Counted from the first letter of the stretch, positions 38,348-48,759 are shown. The stretch: DNA of 64,000 nucleotides from Marispirochaeta sp. (GCA_963676835.2 CAXXFF010000002.1:1120001-1184000), one strand, 5' to 3'. Numbers and translations are program-made. The notes: a model not told the origin generated them from the sequence alone.

Positions 38348-39699
38348 TATTCTGCCTTCCCGGAGGGCTGTTGTGAAAAGAGGCCGGCCAGAATCTCTTT
38401 CAGGCCTCGTCCTTTCTTGCCGGATTTCCCTGCGCCGATATGCGCACTGAAGCCGAGCTTTTCCGCTGAGCGGATACGCAGTTCCGGCTGGGGTACCGTG
38501 CGAACCTCTCCGGCAAGGCTTATTTCGCCGGCGGTAACGGTTTTCGGCGGTGCGGCAAGACCGGTACGGGCAGAGTAGAGGGCCACCGCCAGGGGAAGGT
38601 CGATGCCCACCTCATCCAGGCGGATTCCACCGGCGACATTTACGTAGAGATCCTGATCGGAGAAGCGCAGTCCCACATGCTTTTCCAGTACCGCTGCAAT
38701 ACGGGAAACCCGGGTTGCGTCTATTCGATCGGCGTAGGTCCGGGAGAGCCCGCTCTTGGCCGGGACTGTCAGGGCCTGAATTTCTACAAGCAGCACCCGG
38801 CTTCCTTCGTATACCGGGGCTATGGCTGTGCCCGGGGGAAGGTTTCCGTCTCTTTCCTTAAGAAAAAGGGATGCAGGATTGCTGACTCCCTGAAGGCCGC
38901 TTGCTTCCATGGAGAATATCCCCACTTCGTTTACCGGACCAAAGCGGTTCTTCATTGCCCTCAGCAGCCGGATTCCTCCTTCCGCCTCTTCAAAGTAGAG
39001 TACGGTGTCAACCATGTGTTCTATTACCTTGGGGCCGGCAATATTGCCTTCCTTGGTTACATGGGCCACCAGGAAAACAGGGGTATTGTGCTCCCTGCAC
39101 CAGTCGACTATCTCATAGCTGCCGAATTTTATCTGGTTCACCGTACCCGGCACCGGTCCTATCTCTGCTGAAATAAGGGTCTGGATGGAATCCACCACAA
39201 CCAGGGCGGGTTGCATTTTTTCAAGTTGTTTCAGAAGGGCTTCGACACCGGTCTCACAGAGAACCTTTATGCGGTCTCCATCGGCACCGATTCGCCGTGC
39301 TCTCATGGCAATCTGCTGTGCCGACTCTTCTCCGGATATATAAAGGACAGACCCGGAACACTTTACGCTTCGGGATGCCTGCAGCAGCAGGGTTGATTTG
39401 CCGATTCCCGGTTGTCCGCCAATAAGAATGGAACTGCCGGAAACTATGCCTCCGCCGAGAACCTGGTTGAGTTCCGGAATCCCGCTGTCTATGCGCTCTT
39501 CCGCTGTATCGGGGATGCCGCTCAAGGATTGGGGCTGGGCACTTTTTGCAGGGGAAGTTCCCTGCCGTCCCGGCTTTTCCGGTGCCTGGACTTCCTCGTT
39601 CATGGTGTTCCACTCGCCGCAGGAAGGGCAGCGTCCCAGCCATTTTGATTCAACTTTTCCGCAGTTTGAACAGACGAATTTAGGTGATTTTTTTTTCAT
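38347..39699 (-). CDS. radA: DNA repair protein RadA/Sms
   Basis: N-terminal C4 zinc finger, GQPGIGKST, KNRFG, Lon-like C-terminus. Confidence 0.96.
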   Translation of the reverse strand: MKKKSPKFVCSNCGKVESKWLGRCPSCGEWNTMNEEVQAPEKPGRQGTSPAKSAQPQSLSGIPDTAEERIDSGIPELNQVLGGGIVSGSSILIGGQPGIGKSTLLLQASRSVKCSGSVLYISGEESAQQIAMRARRIGADGDRIKVLCETGVEALLKQLEKMQPALVVVDSIQTLISAEIGPVPGTVNQIKFGSYEIVDWCREHNTPVFLVAHVTKEGNIAGPKVIEHMVDTVLYFEEAEGGIRLLRAMKNRFGPVNEVGIFSMEASGLQGVSNPASLFLKERDGNLPPGTAIAPVYEGSRVLLVEIQALTVPAKSGLSRTYADRIDATRVSRIAAVLEKHVGLRFSDQDLYVNVAGGIRLDEVGIDLPLAVALYSARTGLAAPPKTVTAGEISLAGEVRTVPQPELRIRSAEKLGFSAHIGAGKSGKKGRGLKEILAGLFSQQPSGKAE

Positions 39700-40163
39700 C
39701 AGTTAGAGAAGTGGTAGCGGATACCAAGGCCTCCATCAAGATCGCCGGTGGTTTCGGGAAAAAGTGCAATGCCGGGAACGAGTTCGAGAAATAGTTCCAG
39801 CTCCGGCAGGGGATAGAACGTGACTCCAACCGGCAGCCGCAGGCCAAGCCCGATATCGCTGTCCTCTTTGGCGTCTTCTGTGAACAGCCTGAGTTTTGCG
39901 CCGCCGCCAACGTACCAGCCGAAGGGCTTGTCGATTTCGCTTTCGATTTCCGGGAGTCCCTGTCTGAGAAACAGGTAATCGCCATGGATATGAATATAAT
40001 TGCGGAAAGACCAGGCTGTACCGAGAATGTACCGGTTCTCATAGGAAAAGCTGAGACCTGTGGGTTCTCCCAGGACTATTCCTGCCCCTACATCTGCAGC
40101 GTAAAGGGAGGCTCCGACACTTAAGAGTATCAGGAAAATCAGTACAACTCCGGTCTTGCGCAT
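39699..40163 (-). CDS. Small outer-membrane beta-barrel (DUF3996-like)
   Basis: Signal peptide, GIVLGEPTGLS, GLRLPVG, ELFLE..P, GGLGIRYHF. Confidence 0.7.
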   Translation of the reverse strand: MRKTGVVLIFLILLSVGASLYAADVGAGIVLGEPTGLSFSYENRYILGTAWSFRNYIHIHGDYLFLRQGLPEIESEIDKPFGWYVGGGAKLRLFTEDAKEDSDIGLGLRLPVGVTFYPLPELELFLELVPGIALFPETTGDLDGGLGIRYHFSN

Positions 40164-40205
40164 ATTCAATCTCCTTGCATCTGTTGCTGTTCTATAGAGG
40201 AAAAA

Positions 40206-41267
40206 CTACTGAAGTTTCAGCAGTTCAACAACAAAAACAAGAAATGAGCTGGGAGGAATTACTCCGGGGTAGCCCTGTTCTCCGTATCCGAGATGAGGAG
40301 GAATAACCAGGCGGCGTTTTTCACCGATTTTCATGCCCCCGTCTGCCAGAATTCCGTCTCTCCAGCCGGGAATTACCTTGTCCAGACTGAACTCCGCCGG
40401 ATCACCGCCGAAGCTGCTCTGTATAACAGAATCGTTGAGGAGTTTGAGTTCATAATGAACGGTAACGGTAGATCCCGCTTCTGCCTGAGCGCTTCCGCTT
40501 CCCTCTTCGAGGACTTCAAAGAACACTCCCGCATCGGTGGTTTTCAGGTCCGGCCACTTTGAGGTTATCTGCTTGAGCAGACCCTTCTGTGCTTCTGCCA
40601 TCTTTTCCTTTGTCCGGCGTTCATTGTCAGCAATCATTGCCTGAAAGCTCTCCTGGGTAACGGTGAAGGCTTCTGCCTCTTTTCCGATTCGCAGGATGGT
40701 GATTGAGCTGATTCTGTCTCCGGCGGTAATGCTGTTTACCACATCCATTCCATCTACCACGTAGCCGAAAACGGAGTGGCGGTCATCAAGGTGAGGTGTT
40801 TCCTTGTGGGTAATGAAAAACTGACTGCCGTTGGTGTTTGCACCGCTGTTTGCCATGGAGAGCACCCCTTCGCGGTCGTGGCGGAGTTCGGGGTCAAACT
40901 CGTCGGGAAAGCTGTATCCCGGTCCGCCGGTTCCGGTACCCTGGGGGCATCCGCCCTGGATTACGAAATCATCTACCACCCGGTGGAAGTTCAGACCGTC
41001 ATAGTAGGGACCGTCGGTTTCGTCATTGTCGACGGTACCTTCCGCGAGGCCCACAAAGTTGGCTACCGTCATAGGAGCCCGTTTGTACTCCAGTTCGCAG
41101 TAGATGGTTCCTTTTTCCGTATTGATTTCGGCATAGACGCCGTCGGACAGTTCGGGCTGGGCATTAAGATTGCTCATAGCTATTACTCCTGAGATAAAAT
41201 AAAAAACAAATGCTGAAAGTCGAAAACGCCCGGGCAGCGATGGTCTGCTGTCCAGGCGTTTATGCAT
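40206..41267 (-). CDS. Cyclophilin + FKBP peptidyl-prolyl isomerase
   Basis: FHRVVDDFVIQGG, SMANSGANTNGSQFFITH; C-terminal VIPGW..GEKRRLVIPPHLGYG. Start uncertain (41267 or 41177). Confidence 0.92.
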   Translation of the reverse strand: MHKRLDSRPSLPGRFRLSAFVFYFISGVIAMSNLNAQPELSDGVYAEINTEKGTIYCELEYKRAPMTVANFVGLAEGTVDNDETDGPYYDGLNFHRVVDDFVIQGGCPQGTGTGGPGYSFPDEFDPELRHDREGVLSMANSGANTNGSQFFITHKETPHLDDRHSVFGYVVDGMDVVNSITAGDRISSITILRIGKEAEAFTVTQESFQAMIADNERRTKEKMAEAQKGLLKQITSKWPDLKTTDAGVFFEVLEEGSGSAQAEAGSTVTVHYELKLLNDSVIQSSFGGDPAEFSLDKVIPGWRDGILADGGMKIGEKRRLVIPPHLGYGEQGYPGVIPPSSFLVFVVELLKLQ

Positions 41268-41370
41268 AAGCTGTGCGTGTGGTGTTGTCATGAGGGCTAA
41301 TGCTATCATGGAAGCATTGCCTCTACAAGGTCAAAAAGAAGTCCAAAAAAGGAGCCGGAAAACCGGCGAT

Positions 41371-42546
41371 TTACCTGTTATCAATAATCCTTGCCATTAC
41401 AACCCCTTCAATATTTCTGAGTTTTTCAAGCAGAGTGTCTGAGGCCGGGGTTTCTATGTCGATAATATTGTAGGCATAGTTGTCCCGGTGGCGGTTGATC
41501 ATTTCGGATATATTCATCTGCTCTTCAGCCAGCACAGTGGTTATCTGTCCCACCATGTTGGGGATATTACGGTTTGCGATAACAATCCTGGTATCCGTTG
41601 TGGGGGGGAGGGAGCAATCGGGAAAATTGACGGAGTTTTTAATGTTTCCCGTCTCCAGGAAGTTGATAATCTGGTTGGCGGCCATTATAGCGCAGTTTTC
41701 TTCCGCTTCCGGAGTTGAAGCTCCAAGATGGGGAATGGGAATTACGTTTTCGATTCCCAGAATTGAGGCATCGGGAAAGTCCGTAACATAACGGTCGACA
41801 ATTCCTTCGTTTATGGCTTCAATCAGATCGCTGTTGTTTACCAGTCCGCCTCGGGAAAAGTTCAGGATTTTTACCCCTTTCTTCATGCGGCCGAAGCGTT
41901 CTTTATTCAGCATTCCCCGGGTCTTGTCGTTCAGGGGGACGTGAACACTGAGGTAGTCGGAGTTGGCAATCAGGGCTTCCAGACTTTCCGCTTTGCGTAC
42001 CGTGGGAGAAAGCCCCCAGGCGGCTTCCACGGAAATAAAAGGGTCGAACCCGGATACCATCATACCCAGGCGTTCCGCATCATTGGCAACATCAACACCG
42101 ATGGCACCGAGACCGATAATGCCCAGGGTCTTTCCCTTTATTTCGCCGCCGGTAAAGCGCTTTTTCTCCTTTTCAACCAGGGAAGGAACCTCATCGCCCT
42201 TGTCGGCCAGGCTCTGGGCCCACTGCATTCCGCGGAAAATCTTGCGCGAAGAGAGAAAGAGCCCGGTAAGGGTCAGTTCCTTGACGGAGTTTGCATTTGC
42301 TCCGGGGGTGTTGAATACAACAACTCCCTTCTCGGTACAGTCGGCAACGGGAATGTTGTTGGTCCCCGCCCCGGCCCGGGCAATTGCCCGTACTGATTCG
42401 GGCAGCTCTAAGGCATGCATATCCTGGCTCCGGACTATGATGGCATCGGGGTTGATAAGCTCCGAGGCTATTTCGTAGTCCTCCCGGGAAAACAGTTCCA
42501 GTCCTCTGGGGGAGATTTTGTTAAGGGTCTGAATTTTGTACATCAT
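41371..42546 (-). CDS. serA: D-3-phosphoglycerate dehydrogenase with ACT domain
   Basis: RAGAGTNNIP, NTPGANANSVKE, GLGAIG, PHLGASTPEAE, NIPNMVGQI. Confidence 0.9.
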   Translation of the reverse strand: MMYKIQTLNKISPRGLELFSREDYEIASELINPDAIIVRSQDMHALELPESVRAIARAGAGTNNIPVADCTEKGVVVFNTPGANANSVKELTLTGLFLSSRKIFRGMQWAQSLADKGDEVPSLVEKEKKRFTGGEIKGKTLGIIGLGAIGVDVANDAERLGMMVSGFDPFISVEAAWGLSPTVRKAESLEALIANSDYLSVHVPLNDKTRGMLNKERFGRMKKGVKILNFSRGGLVNNSDLIEAINEGIVDRYVTDFPDASILGIENVIPIPHLGASTPEAEENCAIMAANQIINFLETGNIKNSVNFPDCSLPPTTDTRIVIANRNIPNMVGQITTVLAEEQMNISEMINRHRDNYAYNIIDIETPASDTLLEKLRNIEGVVMARIIDNR

Positions 42547-43178
42547 GGTCTCCTTTCTGATGTGTAAATAAGGCCTGCCAGCATACGCAGTTCATCCAGA
42601 ACAGATATCTGACGGACCCTGATGGTTTCCGGTACGGCAACGGGGCTGCTGAAATTGACAAGCCCCTGGATTCCTCCCTCTATAAGACGGTCGGCGGTAA
42701 TCTGGGCCTGCTTTGAGGGCACCGCAATAATACCCAGCTCGATGCAGTTCTCTTTTACATATTCCGCGATTCTATAGGACGGCAGAAGGGGTACATCTGC
42801 GGTCAGTATTTCCAGCTTGTTGGTGTCGCTGTCAAAACCGGCGCGGATGACAATTCCTTCAGAACTGAATCCGGGGTAGGCGAGCATTGCCTGTCCCAGT
42901 CTTCCCAGTCCCACGATACAGGCGGTCCGCTCTTTTTTCAGACCCAGGGTCGCGGCGATGGCTTTTTTCAGCTCCCCGGGAGCATATCCGGATGAGCTGA
43001 AACTGCCCGGGGGGAGGTAGCCGAAATCCTTACGAATAGTATGGGCCGATTCTCCCAGCCGTTCTCCAAGCTGTGCGGAAGAGATGCGGGTAATTCCTTC
43101 TGTCACCAGATCGTCAAGCAGGCCGTAGACGGCGCAAAGGCGCTCAACTGTTGGTGTAGGAATGGTTCCGCTGTTCAT
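42543..43178 (-). CDS. rex: Redox-sensing repressor Rex
   Basis: IPTPTVERL..Y, ISSAQLG, IRKDFGY, VGLGRLGQA, GIIAVP, NFS. Confidence 0.9.
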   Translation of the reverse strand: MNSGTIPTPTVERLCAVYGLLDDLVTEGITRISSAQLGERLGESAHTIRKDFGYLPPGSFSSSGYAPGELKKAIAATLGLKKERTACIVGLGRLGQAMLAYPGFSSEGIVIRAGFDSDTNKLEILTADVPLLPSYRIAEYVKENCIELGIIAVPSKQAQITADRLIEGGIQGLVNFSSPVAVPETIRVRQISVLDELRMLAGLIYTSERRP

Positions 43179-43198
43179 CTGCCGCCTTTTGAAGTTCT

Positions 43199-43216
43199 CT
43201 GTGAAAAATTTCACAG
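43199..43216. promoter_or_regulatory. Rex operator
   Basis: CTGTGAA-AAAT-TTCACAG matches the TTGTGAA-N4-TTCACAA consensus, 20 bp upstream of rex. Confidence 0.8.
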
Positions 43217-43334
43217 TAAGATAGCGATATCCTATCTTGTACGGCTTTGCTGGTCAATAGATATGGAGATAAATCTTCAGAGTTTAGCCTTGAGCAAATT
43301 GACGGGAGCAACCGCTTAAGCTACATTGATAAAG

Positions 43335-43973
43335 ATGAAAAAACGGGCCATGAGCACTGTTGAAAAAAAGGAGAAGGAAAAGAGGATTCTCGCTACCGCA
43401 GGCGACCTTTTTCGGGATGGTGATTTTGATTCAGTCAGTATTGCCAGTATTGCCCGGGATGCGGGGATTGCCAAAGGGACAGTCTTCCTCTATTTCAGTT
43501 CCAAAGAGGAGCTTTTTCTCACCCTTACCGAACAGTACCTGCAGGAGTGGGTTGGTGATGCCGGAACCTACCTGGTATCCTCAAGCCTGCAGGGGGCTAT
43601 GGAGCTGGAGGCCGCGGCTGAAATTTTTGCCGCCAGTCTTGGTGCAAAAGAAGACCTTCTCCGTCTTTTAGGGATTCTTCACAGCAGACTTCTGCCGGTC
43701 TGCAGCCGGGAGCAGCAGGATCACTACCGATCTGTCTGGATAGAGACCATTACTTCCCTTGAGTCTGTGTTTTCTCAAGCCTCACCGGCGCCGAAGTCGA
43801 GAAGCTGGGGTGAAATTCTTCAGGATCTCTATGTTCTGATTCTCGGAGTTCAGGGGAGTCTTTATGTCCGGGAAAACGGAATCTCCCCTGAGAACGGTTT
43901 TGTTCCCCTTTTTCGCAGACTCAGCCTGGAGTATCTCAGGGGCCTCGCTTCCGGTGTGGCAGTAAAGGACTGA
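43335..43973 (+). CDS. TetR-family regulator
   Basis: SIASIARDAGIAKGTVFLYFSSKEELF; TTGACG-N17-TACATT-N7-ATG. Confidence 0.9.
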   Translation: MKKRAMSTVEKKEKEKRILATAGDLFRDGDFDSVSIASIARDAGIAKGTVFLYFSSKEELFLTLTEQYLQEWVGDAGTYLVSSSLQGAMELEAAAEIFAASLGAKEDLLRLLGILHSRLLPVCSREQQDHYRSVWIETITSLESVFSQASPAPKSRSWGEILQDLYVLILGVQGSLYVRENGISPENGFVPLFRRLSLEYLRGLASGVAVKD

Positions 43974-43983
43974 AATTAAAGGT

Positions 43984-45726
43984 ATGTTAAAGGAATTCCG
44001 CACACTGTTTCCGTACTTCAGAAAGTATGGACTGCAATATTTTTTCGGGTTTATTTTTCTGATTATCACCGATGCGGGACAGCTCTATCTTCCCCGGCTG
44101 ACGGGAAAAATTATAAATCATATTTCCACCGGCAACGTGGTTCTTTCCGTGGTTGGCGGCATGGTGCTGCAGATGATAGTCATCGCCCTTGCCATAGCGG
44201 TGGGCCGGTTTTTCTGGCGCTACTTTATCCACGGAGCATCCCGGCGTATCGAAATGCTGGTGCGCGCCCGGCTTTTTTCCCATATTGCCACCTTGTCTCC
44301 GTCATTTTTCAACCGCACTTCCACGGGAGATCTCATGGCCCGGGCAACGGGAGATATGCATCATGTACGGATGGCCTCCGGGATGGGATTTGTAGCCCTT
44401 TTTGACGGCCTTTTTATGACTCTTTCCATACTGATTATAATCTTTATCAATTTTCCCTTTGCAGGGCTTATCGTTCTTGCTCCCTTTCCGCTTATTCCCA
44501 TCATGGTCCTTGGAACCGGCAGGCTCATTGGAAGACTCTTCAAGCAGGTTCAGGAGGGGTATGCAGATCTGTCTTCCCATGTACAGGAGGCTTTGAGCGG
44601 TATTCTGGTTCTCAAAGCCTTTGTCCGGGAAGAGTACAACCTGAGTAAATTTGCACAGAAGAACGAAACCTATAAGAGACGCAACCTTGTGCTTGTCCGT
44701 CTCTGGGGTTTTCTCTATCCCCTGGTAGCCTTTATCGGGGGGGGGGTCACCATCCTTCTTCTGCGCTTCGGCGGATTCTCTGTGCTTACAGAAGAGATGA
44801 GTACCGGTGATTTTGTTGCAGCCATGGGCTATTTGAGTATGCTTATATGGCCCATGCTGGGGATGGGTTTTACCGTGAATATTCTGCAGCGGGGCGGTGC
44901 CGCCCTGGCGAGGATTAATGCCATTCTCAGGGAAGAACCGGAAATAACCAGTCCTGCTGATGGTATTGTTGAGCCCGCATCCGGGGATATTGAGGTAAAG
45001 GATGTAAGTTTTACCTATGCCGGATCCTCATCTCCGGCAGTAGAGAATGTCTCCTTTACGGTTCCCTCGGGGACCACCCTGGGAGTGCTCGGCCGCACCG
45101 GCTCGGGGAAGAGCTCTCTGATCCGGCTGCTGCCGAGACTGCTTGAGCCCGATTCAGGGACTGTTCTTATCGGCGGCAGGGATATAAAAAGCTATAACCT
45201 GGCAGCACTGCGGTCATCCTTCGGTATTGTGCCCCAGGAGACCTTTCTGTTTTCCGCCGAGGTGAGTGAAAATATCGCCTTCGGAGTGGATGATGCTCCC
45301 AGGGAAGAGATCGAAAAGGCTGCCGCCGCATCCACCATCGACAGGGATATAAGGCTCTTTCCCAAAGGCTATGAGACTGAAGTCGGCGAGCGGGGGATTA
45401 CCCTTTCGGGAGGGCAGAAGCAGCGGATTGCCATCTCCCGGGCCCTTCTGACCCGGCCGGAGATTCTTATTTTTGATGATGCCCTGGCGGCGGTGGATAC
45501 CGAGACGGAGGAGCAGATTCTGAAAGGCTTTATCGATCTTCGGAAGGGGAAAACCAATATCCTGATTTCCCACCGGGTATCAACTCTCAAGTTCGCCGAT
45601 ACCATTATAGTCCTTGACGAAGGAAAAATCACCCAGAAGGGCAGTCATGATGAACTGATCCGGCAGGATGGTTTCTATGCGGAGATAGCCGCTCTCCAGA
45701 GACTGGAGCAGGGGGACCGGGTATGA
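43984..45726 (+). CDS. ABC exporter, TMD-NBD subunit A
   Basis: 6 TMs, GRTGSGKS, LSGGQKQR, ILIFDD (degenerate), ISHR. Confidence 0.93.
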   Translation: MLKEFRTLFPYFRKYGLQYFFGFIFLIITDAGQLYLPRLTGKIINHISTGNVVLSVVGGMVLQMIVIALAIAVGRFFWRYFIHGASRRIEMLVRARLFSHIATLSPSFFNRTSTGDLMARATGDMHHVRMASGMGFVALFDGLFMTLSILIIIFINFPFAGLIVLAPFPLIPIMVLGTGRLIGRLFKQVQEGYADLSSHVQEALSGILVLKAFVREEYNLSKFAQKNETYKRRNLVLVRLWGFLYPLVAFIGGGVTILLLRFGGFSVLTEEMSTGDFVAAMGYLSMLIWPMLGMGFTVNILQRGGAALARINAILREEPEITSPADGIVEPASGDIEVKDVSFTYAGSSSPAVENVSFTVPSGTTLGVLGRTGSGKSSLIRLLPRLLEPDSGTVLIGGRDIKSYNLAALRSSFGIVPQETFLFSAEVSENIAFGVDDAPREEIEKAAAASTIDRDIRLFPKGYETEVGERGITLSGGQKQRIAISRALLTRPEILIFDDALAAVDTETEEQILKGFIDLRKGKTNILISHRVSTLKFADTIIVLDEGKITQKGSHDELIRQDGFYAEIAALQRLEQGDRV

Positions 45727-47855
45727 GGGGTATGGGAATAGGCCACGGCCCCGGCGGCAGTGAGTTTATGAAAAGCTTTGACTGGAAGATCATCAAACGG
45801 CTTTTCTCCTATCTGAGATCCTATCGTCTGCTGGTACTGGTTGCCATGCTTGCTCTAACTGTTTCAACGGTGGTGGAGCTGGCCGCCCCTGTGGTACTGC
45901 AGCGGACCATCGACCGCCATATTACCGGGCGCTATCTCAGACTGGATACCTCACTGACTGTTGAAGATGCCGGTGTCCGGGATCTCTACGGTGCCGAAAA
46001 GGGAATAGTCCCCGGAAGGGGCAGTTCTCTCTATCTTTCCGAGGATATTGTTTCTGCAATTCCCGCAAACAAGAAGGAGAGCCTGATTGCATCCGGTGCT
46101 CTTTCTGAGACCGGATGGCTGCTGCTGTTTCCCGAAAGTTTTCCCGACATTGAGAGGGAGCGGGGGATAACTCTTTTGAGGCAGAAGGCTCCTGATGTCC
46201 GGGCAGAAGGCGATTTTTATGCCATAACCGAGAACGACTATTCACTCTTCTCTGCAGATGAGAAGCTCCTGCTCCGCAGCCGTGACCGGCTGGGAATTGT
46301 GCACAATGCCTGGTTGTATCTTGTCCTGCTTGCAGCATCGCTGATTTTCTCTTTTCTGCAGAATTACTTTATGACTGCCATGGGGCAGAATGTAATGAGA
46401 GACCTGCGTCTGCAGCTTTTAAGGCATCTTATGAAGCAGTCCCTCTCCTATCTGCAGAAAACCCCTGTGGGAAGTCTGGTTTCACGGCTTACCAGCGATG
46501 TTGATACCATTAATGAACTCTTTTCAACGGTGGCCATTTCGCTCATAAAGGATATCAGCATGATGGCCGGGGTTATTGTTACCCTGTATTTCCTGAATGG
46601 ACGTCTTGCTCTTATAACCCTGTGTACCCTTCCTCCGGTTATTGTTTTTACCCTCTATTTCCGGGTTAAAGCCAGGGAGGCCTATCGGCTGGTACGGGCC
46701 AATGTCTCCAGTGTTAATGCCTTCCTTTCGGAGCATATCTCCGGTATGGAAGTTGTGCAGATGTTCGGCCGGGAGCAGGCCTCCCGTGAAGAGTTTGACC
46801 GCAGAAATGAGGAACTGTACCGCGCATCCCTTAAGGAACTCTACGTAATAGCACCTTTCCGGGCCTCAATCGATTTTCTCACCACCGTCTCCACCGGGGT
46901 TATTCTCTATTTCGGTGCGGGAATGTTTATGGAGCTTTCCGTTTCTCTGGGGGTTCTGATTGCCTTTATCAGTCTGATCCGCATGTTTTATCACCCGGTT
47001 ATGGACATCTCCGAGAAGTTTACCATTATCCAGTCCGCCATGGCCGGCGGTGAGAGAATTTTCTCAATACTGGATACTAAAAACGAAATTCCCGACGAAG
47101 GAGACGAAAATCCTGCTAGCGTTGCAGGAGCCCTGGAGTTTCGCAATGTGGATTTTTCCTATGTCCCCGAAGAGAAGGTTCTCAAAGGCCTCTCTTTCTC
47201 TGTTCAACCCGGTGAGACCATTGCAGTTGTAGGCTATACCGGTGCGGGCAAGACAACCATTGCCAACCTGCTAACTCGCTTCTGGGATATTCAGGGCGGA
47301 GAAATCCTTGTTGATGGCAAGGATATACGCACTCTGCCTCTGGCGGATCTCCGGAGTATTATTCAGCCGGTACAGCAGGATGTTTTTCTGTTTTCCGGAA
47401 CCATCGAGGAGAACATTACCCTGGGAGCACCGGTGCCAAGGGAAAAGGTTGTGGAAGCAGCCCGTATGGTAAACGCCCATCAGTTTATTAAAAAGCTTCC
47501 CGACGGCTATGATTCCATGCTTCAGGAGCGGGGCAGCAATCTCTCCACCGGGCAGAAGCAGCTGATCTCTTTTGCAAGAGTTATAGCCCAGGATCCGCGC
47601 ATCCTTATTCTCGATGAAGCCACAGCCAATGTGGATACCGAAACAGAGCAGCTGATTCAGAAGGCCCTGAAGGTGCTGCTGGAGGGGCGGACCAGTCTTG
47701 TTATAGCTCACAGACTCTCCACTATCCGTAACTCAGACCGTATTCTGGTACTCAGTCAGGGCAGACTGGTTGAGTTCGGCTCCCATGATGAGCTTATCGA
47801 ACAGAAAGGACTCTATTATAACCTGTACCGCTTGCAGTACAGCGGTACAGTATAG
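45723..47855 (+). CDS. ABC exporter, TMD-NBD subunit B
   Basis: GYTGAGKT, LSTGQKQL, ILDEAT, IAHRLST; long insert after TM1. Confidence 0.93.
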   Translation: MRGMGIGHGPGGSEFMKSFDWKIIKRLFSYLRSYRLLVLVAMLALTVSTVVELAAPVVLQRTIDRHITGRYLRLDTSLTVEDAGVRDLYGAEKGIVPGRGSSLYLSEDIVSAIPANKKESLIASGALSETGWLLLFPESFPDIERERGITLLRQKAPDVRAEGDFYAITENDYSLFSADEKLLLRSRDRLGIVHNAWLYLVLLAASLIFSFLQNYFMTAMGQNVMRDLRLQLLRHLMKQSLSYLQKTPVGSLVSRLTSDVDTINELFSTVAISLIKDISMMAGVIVTLYFLNGRLALITLCTLPPVIVFTLYFRVKAREAYRLVRANVSSVNAFLSEHISGMEVVQMFGREQASREEFDRRNEELYRASLKELYVIAPFRASIDFLTTVSTGVILYFGAGMFMELSVSLGVLIAFISLIRMFYHPVMDISEKFTIIQSAMAGGERIFSILDTKNEIPDEGDENPASVAGALEFRNVDFSYVPEEKVLKGLSFSVQPGETIAVVGYTGAGKTTIANLLTRFWDIQGGEILVDGKDIRTLPLADLRSIIQPVQQDVFLFSGTIEENITLGAPVPREKVVEAARMVNAHQFIKKLPDGYDSMLQERGSNLSTGQKQLISFARVIAQDPRILILDEATANVDTETEQLIQKALKVLLEGRTSLVIAHRLSTIRNSDRILVLSQGRLVEFGSHDELIEQKGLYYNLYRLQYSGTV

Positions 47856-47866
47856 CCGGCATTGAT

Positions 47867-48721
47867 ATGAAGATTTTCCGTCTTTCATCGGATGATCCTT
47901 TTGCCAATCTTGCGGCGGAGCGGTATATCCTGGAGAGCTGCAATCCAAACGAGGAGCTGCTGCTTCTGTATGTAAACCGGCCCTGTGTGGTTGTCGGCCG
48001 TTCCCAGAACCCTTTTCAGGAATCCAGCCTCAGCGTGCTGGCTCATAAGGGTCTGGACCTTGTGCGGCGCTATACCGGCGGGGGTACTGTCTATCATGAT
48101 CGGGGAAACCTGAATTTCGCTCTTATCCGGCCCCGCCATTCCTTTGACAAGTATGAGAACTCCCGGCAGATTCTTGCAGCACTTAAATCTCTTTCCATAG
48201 CGGGAGAAGTTACTGAACGTAACGATCTTGTAGCCCGGGGAAGGAAATTTTCCGGATCCGCCTACCGGCTGATGAAAGACCGGGCTCTTCATCACGGAAC
48301 CCTGCTGGTTTCTGCAGATCTTGCTCTTCTGAGGCAGGCTCTGAAGCCGACTCTTCCCGGAATAAGCGGAAAAGGCGTTCCTTCTGTTTCCTCTCCTGTG
48401 GTCAGTCTGTCGGAGCTTTCACCGGGGCTTGCACCTGCAGAGGTGGCAGCTGCCCTGATTGATTTTTTCGGCGGAGATTCTTGCAACGTCGGTCCCGACC
48501 ACGAGTTCTACGCCGAAAGCGGCAGCTTTGCTGCTGAACTGCACTCCTGGCAATGGCGGCTGGGGCGTACGCCTGCCTTCACCGTACCCCTCTCGGTGGA
48601 CGGATCTGTTTTCACTACCCGGGTACAGGGCGGTCTCATTGATCCGGGGGCTGATCTCCCCTACGGGGCCGGAGGCAGCCGTCTGGACAGCCTTGTCTGC
48701 GGTGATTACTTCTCAGATTAG
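47867..48721 (+). CDS. lplA: Lipoate-protein ligase A family
   Basis: NLAAE, VVVGRSQNP, RRYTGGGTVYHDRGNLN, KFSGSA, HHGTLL. Confidence 0.88.
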   Translation: MKIFRLSSDDPFANLAAERYILESCNPNEELLLLYVNRPCVVVGRSQNPFQESSLSVLAHKGLDLVRRYTGGGTVYHDRGNLNFALIRPRHSFDKYENSRQILAALKSLSIAGEVTERNDLVARGRKFSGSAYRLMKDRALHHGTLLVSADLALLRQALKPTLPGISGKGVPSVSSPVVSLSELSPGLAPAEVAAALIDFFGGDSCNVGPDHEFYAESGSFAAELHSWQWRLGRTPAFTVPLSVDGSVFTTRVQGGLIDPGADLPYGAGGSRLDSLVCGDYFSD

Positions 48722-48759
48722 ACCGGACTGAATTTTTTGCTGAAAAGTATAAAAAATCG

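Noticed and set aside
41224..41261. Hairpin near the PPIase start as a riboswitch
   Set aside because: No conserved aptamer sequence recognised; may lie in the signal-peptide coding region.
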